Shown here: in pieces, positions 49,111-57,751 of the stretch
How positions within the stretch are numbered: position 1 is the first letter of the stretch
How the letters are laid out: each line of letters begins with the position of its first letter
NCBI GenBank assembly: GCA_965208655.1
Contig: CBDBPJ010000003.1
Location: 551,790 to 615,789 of the forward strand
Reading direction: 5' to 3'
DNA: 64,000 nucleotides
DNA from: Gammaproteobacteria bacterium
GTDB lineage: Bacteria > Pseudomonadota > Gammaproteobacteria > Eutrophobiales > Eutrophobiaceae
Translations under genes and position numbers: made by a program
Notes under the pieces: model-generated
Databases searched by the model: none
Seen by the model: the letters and a program-made list of their open reading frames with translations, nothing else
Told to the model about the DNA's origin: nothing

Positions 49111-49410
49111 TTAAGCAGCTATGGTCCTCCGGACAAACTCAGGATCAGCCTGAATCAGACGCAGGTAATTTGAGGCAGCCGCATCGGGGGAGCGTTTACC
49201 CTGTTCCCATCCTTTTAGTGTGTCCAGGCTCAGGTGGTAAGAACGCGCAAACACGGCTTGCGACATGTTTACCTTTCGCCGAATCGCCTTGATCGTCGCA
49301 GGTGTTATCACCAGATAAGCAGTTTCGGGCGTTATTTTGCCTTTGGCTACCTCTACTGCTTCTTTCAGGTTGGCTTCGAGTTCGTTGAATAACTTGTCGT
49401 CCACGCTCAT
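49111..49410 (-). CDS. XRE-type HTH antitoxin (COG2944/YiaG-like), apparently orphan
   Basis: ITPATIKAIRRKVNMSQAVFARSYHLSLDTLKGWEQGKRSPDAAASNYLRLIQADPE matches the COG2944 antitoxin pattern; no intact toxin ORF upstream. Confidence 0.55.
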   Translation of the reverse strand: MSVDDKLFNELEANLKEAVEVAKGKITPETAYLVITPATIKAIRRKVNMSQAVFARSYHLSLDTLKGWEQGKRSPDAAASNYLRLIQADPEFVRRTIAA

Positions 49411-49680
49411 CCCCTAACCGAATTCATCGATAATTTGATCTACATACTTTTTCAAACATACCGATTGGAACGAGTATCTGCATCTTGCATCGTTTTTCCT
49501 GTAACCCTTACTGTGGTTCATTGAACCCTGAAAGTCAATAAGTTACCTCAAAACTGAACCATCTGGATCAGACGAACCCGTCGACTTCTGTGATACCCTT
49601 TGGCAGTATGAACAAGCTTTTCAGCCCTGATATTATCCAGAATGTAACCGCACTGATGTTCGCATAGGTTGGAATTGATA

Positions 49681-50760
49681 ATGCGTGTCGGAAAGAAGCA
49701 AGTTCTCTTAGTTGCAATCCTCCTGTCATTTATCATTGTATTGACAGCCATCTTCCTGGCGTATTGCTCGTATCGTTACGACAAGGTAATGGAAGTTGAT
49801 ATTTCTGCCGGTATCAACGAGGGGATGTATGAAACCATTGGCGGCACGCAACAATGGATTCAGATAAGAGGCAGAGACAGGAGTAACCCCGTCATTTTGT
49901 GGCTGAACGGAGGCCCGGGGTTTTCTACTATTCCGCAAACGTTCTTCCATGTGCCGTTGGAAAAGGATTTTACCGTGGTCATGTGGGACCAGCGTGGAGA
50001 GGGCAAATCCTACGCATTCACCGGTCCCTCCATCGCCCCGACGATGACTATAGAGCGGATGGCTGCTGATGGGGTGGAGCTTGCCGAGTTTCTAAAACAA
50101 CATCTTGGTGTCGACAGGATTGTGATTATGGGACATTCCTGGGGGTCGATACTTGGTGTACGCATGGCACTGATGCGGCCGGACCTGTTTTCAGCCTATA
50201 TCGGCACCGGGCAGGTTGTCGGTCTCAGGGAAGCGATGGAACTGGAATATCCGTCGATCCTGGATATGGCTCGTGAGACGGGAAATGAGCAGTCAGTTGA
50301 GGAATTGGAGGCTGCCGGACCTCCACCATACAGCAGGGTTAATGACTACATGATTCCTATTCGATGGGCGAATGCTTTCGATGCCGTAGCACCGTCGGAA
50401 CCCGGTCTTGGTAACACACTTTCTGCCATCTGGGCCTTTTTCAGGTTGTTTGTTTTGACTGATAGATCAGTCCGGGAGGGCATTGTGTTTTCGCAAAAAT
50501 TAATGCTGGAACCGATGCTTGATGAAGATGTTCCCGGGCTTGGAACTGACTTTGACATTCCGGTTATATTTATTCAGGGTAGTGAGGATAAACTGTCTCC
50601 GACCGCAATGGTTCGACAGTATTACGAATCTATCTCTGCTCCGGAAAAGAAAATGATTGTCCTGGACGATGCCGGACATTTGGCCATTCTCAGAAATCGA
50701 GCGCTGTTTAGAGATGCACTGTTAGGTATTAAGCCTTTGTTAACCGCAAATGAAGGATAA
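49681..50760 (+). CDS. Membrane-anchored alpha/beta hydrolase (proline-iminopeptidase/S33-like)
   Basis: N-terminal TM helix; GHSWGS nucleophile elbow; ATG at 49681 preferred over the TTG at 49669. Confidence 0.7.
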   Translation: MRVGKKQVLLVAILLSFIIVLTAIFLAYCSYRYDKVMEVDISAGINEGMYETIGGTQQWIQIRGRDRSNPVILWLNGGPGFSTIPQTFFHVPLEKDFTVVMWDQRGEGKSYAFTGPSIAPTMTIERMAADGVELAEFLKQHLGVDRIVIMGHSWGSILGVRMALMRPDLFSAYIGTGQVVGLREAMELEYPSILDMARETGNEQSVEELEAAGPPPYSRVNDYMIPIRWANAFDAVAPSEPGLGNTLSAIWAFFRLFVLTDRSVREGIVFSQKLMLEPMLDEDVPGLGTDFDIPVIFIQGSEDKLSPTAMVRQYYESISAPEKKMIVLDDAGHLAILRNRALFRDALLGIKPLLTANEG

Positions 50761-50854
50761 GTGTTTGCTAAGGCGAATTTAGATTAATCCAATATGATTA
50801 TCGCCGTCGTTCGACTCAGACTGATTTCACTTCCTGAAACGCAGACCTGCAGCT

Positions 50855-51103
50855 TCAGGGCAACTCATCGCCCGAGCGTGGAAGTTCTCCACCGGACCGA
50901 AACAGAAGAGAGCGAAAAGCGTCCATATCGGCTTCATTCATCTTATTCAAAAAAAATTGCTCGGTTTCCAGCACCGAAATCTTTTCAGCTACCGCAATGG
51001 TAATAAACTGGTTCATGCTGGATCCGTCCCGTTTGGCCACCTTGGCGACCTTGTCTTTCAAAGATTTCGGCAGTCTCAGTGGATAGGTTGATAAATCAGC
51101 CAT
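50855..51103 (-). CDS. Ribbon-helix-helix (Arc/MetJ-type) DNA-binding protein, putative antitoxin
   Basis: YPLRLPKSLKDKVAKVAKRDGSSMNQFITIAVAEKI RHH pattern; overlaps the PIN gene stop by 8 nt. Confidence 0.5.
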   Translation of the reverse strand: MADLSTYPLRLPKSLKDKVAKVAKRDGSSMNQFITIAVAEKISVLETEQFFLNKMNEADMDAFRSLLFRSGGELPRSGDELP

Positions 51104-51524
51104 TTCTCACCCTCCTCAAGGCTACCGCAGGGTTAATTACCGCAATATTAAACATATCCGACACTTTGGCATAATCACGCAGGTTAAACGTCACGATGGC
51201 GTCTGCCTGACCGTTAACAGCGACCTCAAGCACCATTTCGTCATTAGGGTCTCTCAGGAAAGGCCGCCATAAAAAATGTGTCTTGACCGGTTCGATCAAA
51301 GCTGTAAGTCCGCTCACAAAAACAAGCGCCTGTTCCTGGTTCAACCCTGCCGCTATCCAGTGTTCCCGGGATGTGCATTTCGCTTCGTACTCAAAGAACA
51401 ACGGCACGCTGGCCAGCATTTTGAGTCGCTTGTCTAATACTTCGCCCAGCAAAGCGGAAGAAGCTCCAGTCGGGCTGCGCATCGCTGCGACAATGACATC
51501 CGTGTCTAAAACATATCTATGCAT
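51096..51524 (-). CDS. PIN-domain (VapC-like) putative toxin
   Basis: Start placed at MHRYVLDTDVIVAAMRS (PIN N-terminal acidic motif); ~143 aa. Confidence 0.55.
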   Translation of the reverse strand: MHRYVLDTDVIVAAMRSPTGASSALLGEVLDKRLKMLASVPLFFEYEAKCTSREHWIAAGLNQEQALVFVSGLTALIEPVKTHFLWRPFLRDPNDEMVLEVAVNGQADAIVTFNLRDYAKVSDMFNIAVINPAVALRRVRNG

Positions 51525-51629
51525 GATGGTTAACAATACATCATATATGATATCATAGCAACTATCTTGGCTACATTTTTTTCCCGCATCTGTAATAGGA
51601 ATATGGGGTCGGACCACTCCGGCTCCGCG

Positions 51630-51923
51630 TCAGGCAACTTCAAGCTTTTCGAAATCGTCGAAGTTGATCTTCTGCCGCGCTTCCCATAAATCGAAGTTAT
51701 CCTGCATAGCCAACCAGCTTTCCGGGGACCTGCCGATGACTTTGGACAGCTTGAGCGCCATGGTCGGTGTGATGCTGCCCTTGGCGTTGAGAATCCGGCT
51801 CATCACGGATTCACTGATCCATAACCTCTCGGCCAGACCTTTCGCGCCGATGTTGAAGGGTTCCAGATAGACCCGTTTGATAAAGACTCCCGGATGCATG
51901 GGATTATGTTGCTTGATACTCAT
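51630..51923 (-). CDS. HigA-family HTH antitoxin (COG3093-like), orphan
   Basis: HPGVFIKRVYLEPFNIGAKGLAERLWISESVMSRILNAKGSITPTMALKLSKVIGRSPESWLAMQ matches the HigA pattern; no HigB ORF upstream. Confidence 0.65.
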   Translation of the reverse strand: MSIKQHNPMHPGVFIKRVYLEPFNIGAKGLAERLWISESVMSRILNAKGSITPTMALKLSKVIGRSPESWLAMQDNFDLWEARQKINFDDFEKLEVA

Positions 51924-52323
51924 TAGTGATAATCCTCATAATCTATGGCATTAACGTCGCAATATAGACGAGATCGCTGACATGTCGCGATTGTTCCATA
52001 AGATTTCATAGAATCGACGAACCTGGGCTTTTTGTTCGACCATGAGCATTTAATGCGATTTTATTCACCGTTTCCGGACTTGATTTAATACTTTTTACTT
52101 CCCTGGTATTTTTGGACTAATCAGGTGGCAGAAGTTTTTTCTCGCAAATTCAACATCTGCTTCATCAAGGGATTGAGTGAATAATTTTTTTCTTCAGGTT
52201 GCACCATTTTTGGTTCTTCTTGTTATTGACGTTCTCCAGGGTCATCATACTACCTCAATCATCTATATGAGAAACTTGGGCAGGCCAAACCGCTAATTCG
52301 GACAGTCAAGCTCAACGAAAGCT

Positions 52324-52653
52324 ATGAATAACGACTACGTAATTGAGAAACTTACAGATGCAATGGATGCGCTCACAACGGGACGTGGAGATGTTCGTTC
52401 CCGTATAAAAAATGCCTACTCATTAATGCATACAGTTCGCGAGAGTGATTTTCCAGACAATCTGAAAGAGGACTGGGTCTGGATATATGGAGAAATTACA
52501 AAATGTGGCCCTTTGCTCGGGCCTAATGGTGAAGTTTGGCTTAGCAGCGTAGAGAATACTATGCGATCTATCAGGAACATAACCGGACAACGAATAGCTC
52601 GGCGTATTTCTAAACTATATTGGGAGATAAGTAAGAATGAAAAATATTCCTGA
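52324..52653 (+). CDS. Hypothetical protein, AT-rich, no recognisable domain
   Basis: ATG start; 109 aa; lowest-GC stretch of the window. Confidence 0.3.
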   Translation: MNNDYVIEKLTDAMDALTTGRGDVRSRIKNAYSLMHTVRESDFPDNLKEDWVWIYGEITKCGPLLGPNGEVWLSSVENTMRSIRNITGQRIARRISKLYWEISKNEKYS

Positions 52654-52843
52654 AAGACAGCAAATTACAGCGTGCGACCCAGATTGTCAGTTTGATATAC
52701 GATAAAAAATGTTACCACCTAGCCATACTTCTAGAACCCCTGAAGATATAGTAAGTAAAGAATTATATTTCGATTCTATAGGACATTTATATCGAGCAGT
52801 GTCCTAGCTTGACTACTTTGAAAGGAATGATCAGTTTACAGCT

Positions 52844-53386
52844 TTGATATATGCGTGTATTGAAGCGCGTTTTGGAATAGAAAACTTAATATTTGAAGAA
52901 ATTGTAATTTCAACAGGCGCCAACCTTTCAAAAGAAGATTATGAAAAATGCTTAAACAATCCAACAAATTTAAATAGCGCGTTAAAAAAAATATCCCCAG
53001 AATATGAAAAACTACAAGAATTTACGCAGTTAATTGTGAGCTTGAGTCCTGAATTTCCAAGGATAATACAGTGGGAGCCACGGAAGCTGATTAAATCATG
53101 GGGGAAAATATCCAAATATCTACACTGGTGTGGAAGTAGGAGCGAGACCACTGATTTATCTAGCTGGAGAGCCAGCGTTGGAAGAGCGATGAGAGGAGAA
53201 ATTGCACCAATCTGGAATAAGATTACTTCTGGTCATAGTGGGTGTATGCATCCTGATGATATGCATCCCAAAATTTCGGAACTATGGGGCCAATTCAAAA
53301 GTGGCGATATCGATACTGAAAGCGCAAAAATACGGATGCTAATATTAAAACCTTTGTTGCGGCTGGACAGGGTAGGAGTTGCCTGA
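52844..53386 (+). CDS. Hypothetical protein, AT-rich, no recognisable domain (TTG start in track; start uncertain)
   Basis: 180 aa ORF in a very AT-rich context; in-frame stop at 52805 leaves only a TTG start. Confidence 0.3.
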   Translation: MIYACIEARFGIENLIFEEIVISTGANLSKEDYEKCLNNPTNLNSALKKISPEYEKLQEFTQLIVSLSPEFPRIIQWEPRKLIKSWGKISKYLHWCGSRSETTDLSSWRASVGRAMRGEIAPIWNKITSGHSGCMHPDDMHPKISELWGQFKSGDIDTESAKIRMLILKPLLRLDRVGVA

Positions 53387-53481
53387 CTGTTTGTTCTATA
53401 CGGAGACTTATGATGGATTATTCTACTCTCTGAATTTGGTGCCAGTTGCAAATTTAGACTACTACACAGTCAGGATATTGT

Positions 53482-53598
53482 CCTGACTTTTGCCGGCGTC
53501 CTTTTTTTGTCGTTGAGTTCCGGTAACATGCCGCGACGCTTCACTTTCAGTTTTTTCAGGTCATATTCTTCGCGCATAATCTTCTGCCTAGCGACGGG
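53482..53598. repeat. Direct repeat copy 2 (~118 bp; perfect core 53530-53589); encodes a second, shorter brnA-like N-terminal fragment on the minus strand
   Basis: Reverse-strand translation gives ...ARQKIMREEYDLKKLKVKRRGMLPELNDKK... then stop. Confidence 0.7.
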
Positions 53599-53618
53599 AG
53601 TGCCGTACACCGGGTCCG

Positions 53619-55220
53619 TTATTGACAGGTGAAATTTTCCGCCTCGTCGGTACTGCCATTACCCTCATAAACAGCCACTTCAGGGTACGGACACAGCGGC
53701 CGGGTACGCACAACTTCACCGTTTTCGATCCGTGCAGCGTCTATCCGTTCGGGTACTACTCCCGCTTCAACCCAATCAATCAGCGTGGTCATAACATCAA
53801 AGTGGTCAACATTACGGCCACCGCGGCAATGGAACATGCCGGGCACCATGAAAGTGCGGAAAAATGAATGAGTTTCCTCGCCCATCGCCTCCATGACCTG
53901 TTCATAGTACTGCACCGTCATGATCGGACTCACCCCCACGTCAGCCCAGCCGTGGTACATGAGGATCTTGTTTCCCCCATCCATAAAAGGACTCAGGTCC
54001 GTAGCCGTGGCATTCATGATCCGGCCCATTGGCTGCATTTTCTCCAGATCGCCCTCCATGTCCAGTTCTTTCCAGTCATAATCGGGGTCGTCCGTAGTAA
54101 ACGCCATGTACTTGAGCCAGGATTCGAGTATTTCCAGGGTCATGTTATACCCGGTGCCTTCGCGGTAAACCCGCGCCGACCAGGGTGAGGCTTCACTGGT
54201 TTTTTCATAGGTTCGACCCGCATCACGCACGCCGGGCAGTTCCGCACCTACGGGCAGACCCGGTGCGACCTGCCTGTCGCCGATGCGGGGGCCCTGGTAA
54301 ATCCGGGTAAATGCCTCGATCTCCGCATCGGTAAAGCCGTTTTTACCCTCCGGGTCCCGGGGCAGGTCCCGGGCCGGCACGAAATCGACAGCCAGGGGGT
54401 TGCCTATCACGCGGTCTGCAACGCCGTCCAGTGCGTCGTATTTCTCCATGATTATCTCTCCCAGCATGTGCACCCGTTCGGCGCTGAGCGGTATCTTGTC
54501 CGCCGTTGCCTGGTTCCACCAGGATTGCATCTCGATGGTCGGCAAATCGTAAAACGGCGCGCCCACGGCAATGCCGTCAAAATCATCCGGGAAGCGCTGG
54601 GCCGCAACCAGACCCTGGCGCCCGCCGCCGGAACATCCTTCGAAGTATGCATAGGTGGGTTCCTGTCCGTAATAACGGGAGATCAGTTGTTTTGCGACCA
54701 CGGCCGTCAGGTGAACGGCGCGATAACCGTAGTCAATTTCCTTCTGGATATTATTGTGCGCCCACGAGGCGAAGTGCGCATCATCGGTATGGCCCGTATT
54801 GGTGAACGCGGTGGCAAAGCCCAGGCGCCGGGCCTTGGCCCTGTCTTCCCTGGCGTAATCGCCGTAAACGGATTGCCCGCCAAACCCGCCGTTGCCGATC
54901 ATGTACAGGCGTCCGTTCCACTGCTTCGGCAGGTTGACGACATACTGTATCTCCGGCGTGATGACGCCGTAAACTTCACAGTGCTCGGACGAATTCTCAT
55001 CGGCAGGGATGGTTTTTGCGGAGATCACGCTGTGGTTGTAATCCGTCAGGCTCACAAGCCCGCGGCAATCTCCCGTCGCGGTTACAGCAGCAAGGTGGTA
55101 GTTAACACGACCATTACCTGCATCAGCGAAACTGGCGCCGTTTACATCCGCTCCAATCGTTACGGCAGGCGCCAGGCACAGCAAACCGGAGATGATCAAG
55201 ATATTTTTTTTCAATGACAT
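53619..55220 (-). CDS. Secreted tannase/feruloyl-esterase-family hydrolase (paralog 3)
   Basis: Signal peptide; GCSGGG motif; tandem with paralog 4. Confidence 0.8.
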   Translation of the reverse strand: MSLKKNILIISGLLCLAPAVTIGADVNGASFADAGNGRVNYHLAAVTATGDCRGLVSLTDYNHSVISAKTIPADENSSEHCEVYGVITPEIQYVVNLPKQWNGRLYMIGNGGFGGQSVYGDYAREDRAKARRLGFATAFTNTGHTDDAHFASWAHNNIQKEIDYGYRAVHLTAVVAKQLISRYYGQEPTYAYFEGCSGGGRQGLVAAQRFPDDFDGIAVGAPFYDLPTIEMQSWWNQATADKIPLSAERVHMLGEIIMEKYDALDGVADRVIGNPLAVDFVPARDLPRDPEGKNGFTDAEIEAFTRIYQGPRIGDRQVAPGLPVGAELPGVRDAGRTYEKTSEASPWSARVYREGTGYNMTLEILESWLKYMAFTTDDPDYDWKELDMEGDLEKMQPMGRIMNATATDLSPFMDGGNKILMYHGWADVGVSPIMTVQYYEQVMEAMGEETHSFFRTFMVPGMFHCRGGRNVDHFDVMTTLIDWVEAGVVPERIDAARIENGEVVRTRPLCPYPEVAVYEGNGSTDEAENFTCQ

Positions 55221-55222
55221 GA

Positions 55223-56812
55223 TTATTCACACCTGAAACTGTCCGCCCGGTTGCTGTCCCCTGAACCCTGGTAACGCGCCGCCTTCGGGTAAGGGCACAG
55301 GGGACGGGTGCGGGTAACGCGATTATTTTCAACTCTGGAGGCGATAATCCGGTCCGGCGCGACATCCGCCTCCACCCAGTTTATCAGCGTCGTCATGGTG
55401 TCAAACCGGTCCACGTTGCGGCCGCCGTAGCAATGGAACATGCCGGGTATCATATACGTCCTGAAAAAAGACTGTGTTTCCTCATCCCCCATCGTCTGCA
55501 TGACCTTGTCGTAATACTGCACGGTCATGATGGGGCTGACGCCGATATCCCCCCAGCCGTGATACATGAGCAGCTTGCCGCCGCTGTTGCTGAAAGCGGA
55601 GAGGTCAGGGTTATCGGCATTGAATATGGCTGACATCGCCGCCATGCGGGGCCAGTCTTTTTCCGGGTCCAGTTGGTGCCAGTCAAAGTCCGGATCATCT
55701 GTTGTAAAGGCCATATACCGCAACCACGGGACTAATATGTCCAGTTGCTGATTGTAACCTGAAATATCCGGGTAGAGGCGGGAATTCCACGATGACAGCA
55801 TGGGGGATTTGTCTGCAGTGCGGGCCGCGTCCCGTCTTCCCGGCAATTCCGCCCCGGCCACGATACCTGGCGCGATTTGTTTACCATTCAACTCCAGTCC
55901 TGCGAAGAGCCGCTGCAGGGTCTTGATCTCGGCGCGGGTAAACCCATCCCGGCCTGTTTCATCCCCGGGCAGGTCGCGTGCCGGGTCGAAGTCGATTTCC
56001 AGGGGATTGCTGATGATGCCGTCCCGCAGGCCGTCCACCGCATCGAACCTGTCCATGATGAACTTCCCCAACTGTTCAACCTTTGCCGCGGACAGGGCCG
56101 TTTCGGCCAGCGCTACCTGGTTGTTCCAGTATTGCATCATAATGCCGGCCAGGTCGTAAAACGGCGCGCCCGCGGCAATACCGTTGAAATCGCCGGGAAA
56201 TCGCTGTGCGGCGACCAGGCCCTGGCGGCCGCCGCCTGAACAGCCGTCAAAATAGGAGTAAGTGGCAGGTTTGCCGTAGTAGGCCGTTACCAGGCGCTTT
56301 GCCGTCACAATCGTCAAATGGACCGCGCGAAAGCCGTAATCGATTTCTTTCTGCAGATCGTTGTGGGCCCAGCTGGCATTATGCCCGTCGTCACGGGTAT
56401 GCCCGGTATCGGTAAAGACCGTGGCAAATCCCTGGCGCAGCGCCGGACCGGATAATTCAGCGCCGTAGGACCCGGTGACGGACTGGCCGCCGTATCCGCC
56501 GTTGCCGTGCATGTAGATACGCCGGTTCCAGTTGTCCGGTAATTTGAGCATGAACTGGACCTTGGGCTCGATAATTCCATAGATGGCGCACAGTCCGGGC
56601 AAACCGTCAGCGGCTTCAACCTCCGTGGCTGAGATAACGGCGAAATCAAAGTCCGAATGGCGGCCCAGTTCACTGCATTTGAGCGCCGGGACCGCAGAGC
56701 CGGCAGCGAGGTCCACGGCAATCTCGCTTGCCGCAAGAAAATTCCCGCCATGTGTGGCTTGTGCTGATACCGGCGCAGGCAGGCAACTGCAGTAAATCCC
56801 GATAATAATCAT
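55223..56812 (-). CDS. Secreted tannase/feruloyl-esterase-family hydrolase (paralog 4)
   Basis: Start placed at internal ATG MIIIGIYCSC (signal peptide); GCSGGG motif; 2-nt gap to paralog 3. Confidence 0.8.
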   Translation of the reverse strand: MIIIGIYCSCLPAPVSAQATHGGNFLAASEIAVDLAAGSAVPALKCSELGRHSDFDFAVISATEVEAADGLPGLCAIYGIIEPKVQFMLKLPDNWNRRIYMHGNGGYGGQSVTGSYGAELSGPALRQGFATVFTDTGHTRDDGHNASWAHNDLQKEIDYGFRAVHLTIVTAKRLVTAYYGKPATYSYFDGCSGGGRQGLVAAQRFPGDFNGIAAGAPFYDLAGIMMQYWNNQVALAETALSAAKVEQLGKFIMDRFDAVDGLRDGIISNPLEIDFDPARDLPGDETGRDGFTRAEIKTLQRLFAGLELNGKQIAPGIVAGAELPGRRDAARTADKSPMLSSWNSRLYPDISGYNQQLDILVPWLRYMAFTTDDPDFDWHQLDPEKDWPRMAAMSAIFNADNPDLSAFSNSGGKLLMYHGWGDIGVSPIMTVQYYDKVMQTMGDEETQSFFRTYMIPGMFHCYGGRNVDRFDTMTTLINWVEADVAPDRIIASRVENNRVTRTRPLCPYPKAARYQGSGDSNRADSFRCE

Positions 56813-56928
56813 CACCCTTGAGAAACAGGTGCGAAGCACCGGGAATAATCCCCGGGAGTGAAGCTGTTTAGCGCGCATGGAAGTCAGTCACCTTGGTCGC
56901 TGTCCGAAAAACATTTTATTTGCGGAAA

Positions 56929-57018
56929 TTTGGGGTCAGAGCAAGGGGTCAGAGCAATATACCTGCGCCATCCAAGCTTGGCCGTATTTTTGCTCTGACC
57001 CCTTGCTCTGACCCCAAA
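56929..57018. repeat. 90-bp MITE/REP-like element, copy 2: 29-bp perfect inverted arms (2x GGGGTCAGAGCAA units each) around a 32-bp spacer
   Basis: tttggggtcagagcaaggggtcagagcaa ... ttgctctgaccccttgctctgaccccaaa; sits in the divergent intergenic region. Confidence 0.65.
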
Positions 57019-57064
57019 AGTTATGTAGATGTGATCCTACTACAGTTTGCTATCATGCCGATCT

Positions 57065-57751
57065 ATGGCCGCGCCGATTATAGAATTTCGCCACCTGTCC
57101 AAATCCTACCGGGAGGCCGATCAGGAGCATGTTGTTCTGGATGATGTAAACAGAAAAGTATACGAAGGGGAATTTATCGTGTTGCTGGGCAAGAGCGGGT
57201 CCGGCAAATCCACCCTCCTGAATCTCATCAGCGGTATCGATGCTCCGAGCCGGGGCGACATACTGGTAGACGGGCAATCACTGACCGGGATGAGCGAGGA
57301 TGAACGCACCCTGTTCCGGCGCCGTCATATCGGTTTCGTGTTCCAGAGTTTCAACCTGATCCCGACACTGACGGTAAGGGACAACCTGTTGCTGCCGCTG
57401 GAGTTGACCGGCCGGCTTGATGACGGCAACCGCACAGCACTCGAGAATATGCTGGACGAGCTGGACATGGCGCACCGGATTGACTATTACCCCGACAAGC
57501 TGTCCATCGGTGAACAACAGCGCATCGCGATTGCCAGGGCGCTGATCCACAACCCATCCATCATTCTCGCCGATGAACCCACAGGCAACCTCGACCACGA
57601 CACCGGGCAGGACGTGTTGAACCTGCTTGACCAACTGGTGCGCCGCTCCGGCAAGACCATGATCATGGTCACCCACAGCCGGGAGGTCATCGGCCTGGCC
57701 GACCGCTTGATGACGATACGGGATTGCCGGCTGGAAGAAAGTAATTGTTGA
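57065..57751 (+). CDS. ABC transporter ATP-binding protein (YbbA/LolD-like)
   Basis: Walker A GKSGSGKST, ABC signature LSIGEQQR, Walker B ILADEPT. Confidence 0.85.
   Translation: MAAPIIEFRHLSKSYREADQEHVVLDDVNRKVYEGEFIVLLGKSGSGKSTLLNLISGIDAPSRGDILVDGQSLTGMSEDERTLFRRRHIGFVFQSFNLIPTLTVRDNLLLPLELTGRLDDGNRTALENMLDELDMAHRIDYYPDKLSIGEQQRIAIARALIHNPSIILADEPTGNLDHDTGQDVLNLLDQLVRRSGKTMIMVTHSREVIGLADRLMTIRDCRLEESNC

Noticed and set aside
49548-49751. Small ORF (67 aa) upstream of the COG2944 antitoxin as the missing toxin partner
   Set aside because: It has no RelE/ParE/BrnT-like motifs. Reverse-strand translation of 49411-49560 shows only short broken frames, so the toxin appears lost.
51924-52060. 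HigB toxin expected upstream of HigA
   Set aside because: No HigB-like ORF is present. Only a 33-codon remnant resembling a SnoaL-like N-terminus (VRRFYEILWNN) precedes an in-frame stop.
48921-53598. The 118-bp repeats as a simple target-site duplication or att sites of an integrative element
   Set aside because: The copies are too long and too diverged in their flanks for a TSD, and no integrase or recombinase gene lies between them. Homologous recombination or duplication of a brnA-like gene start is more consistent. Island mobility remains untested.
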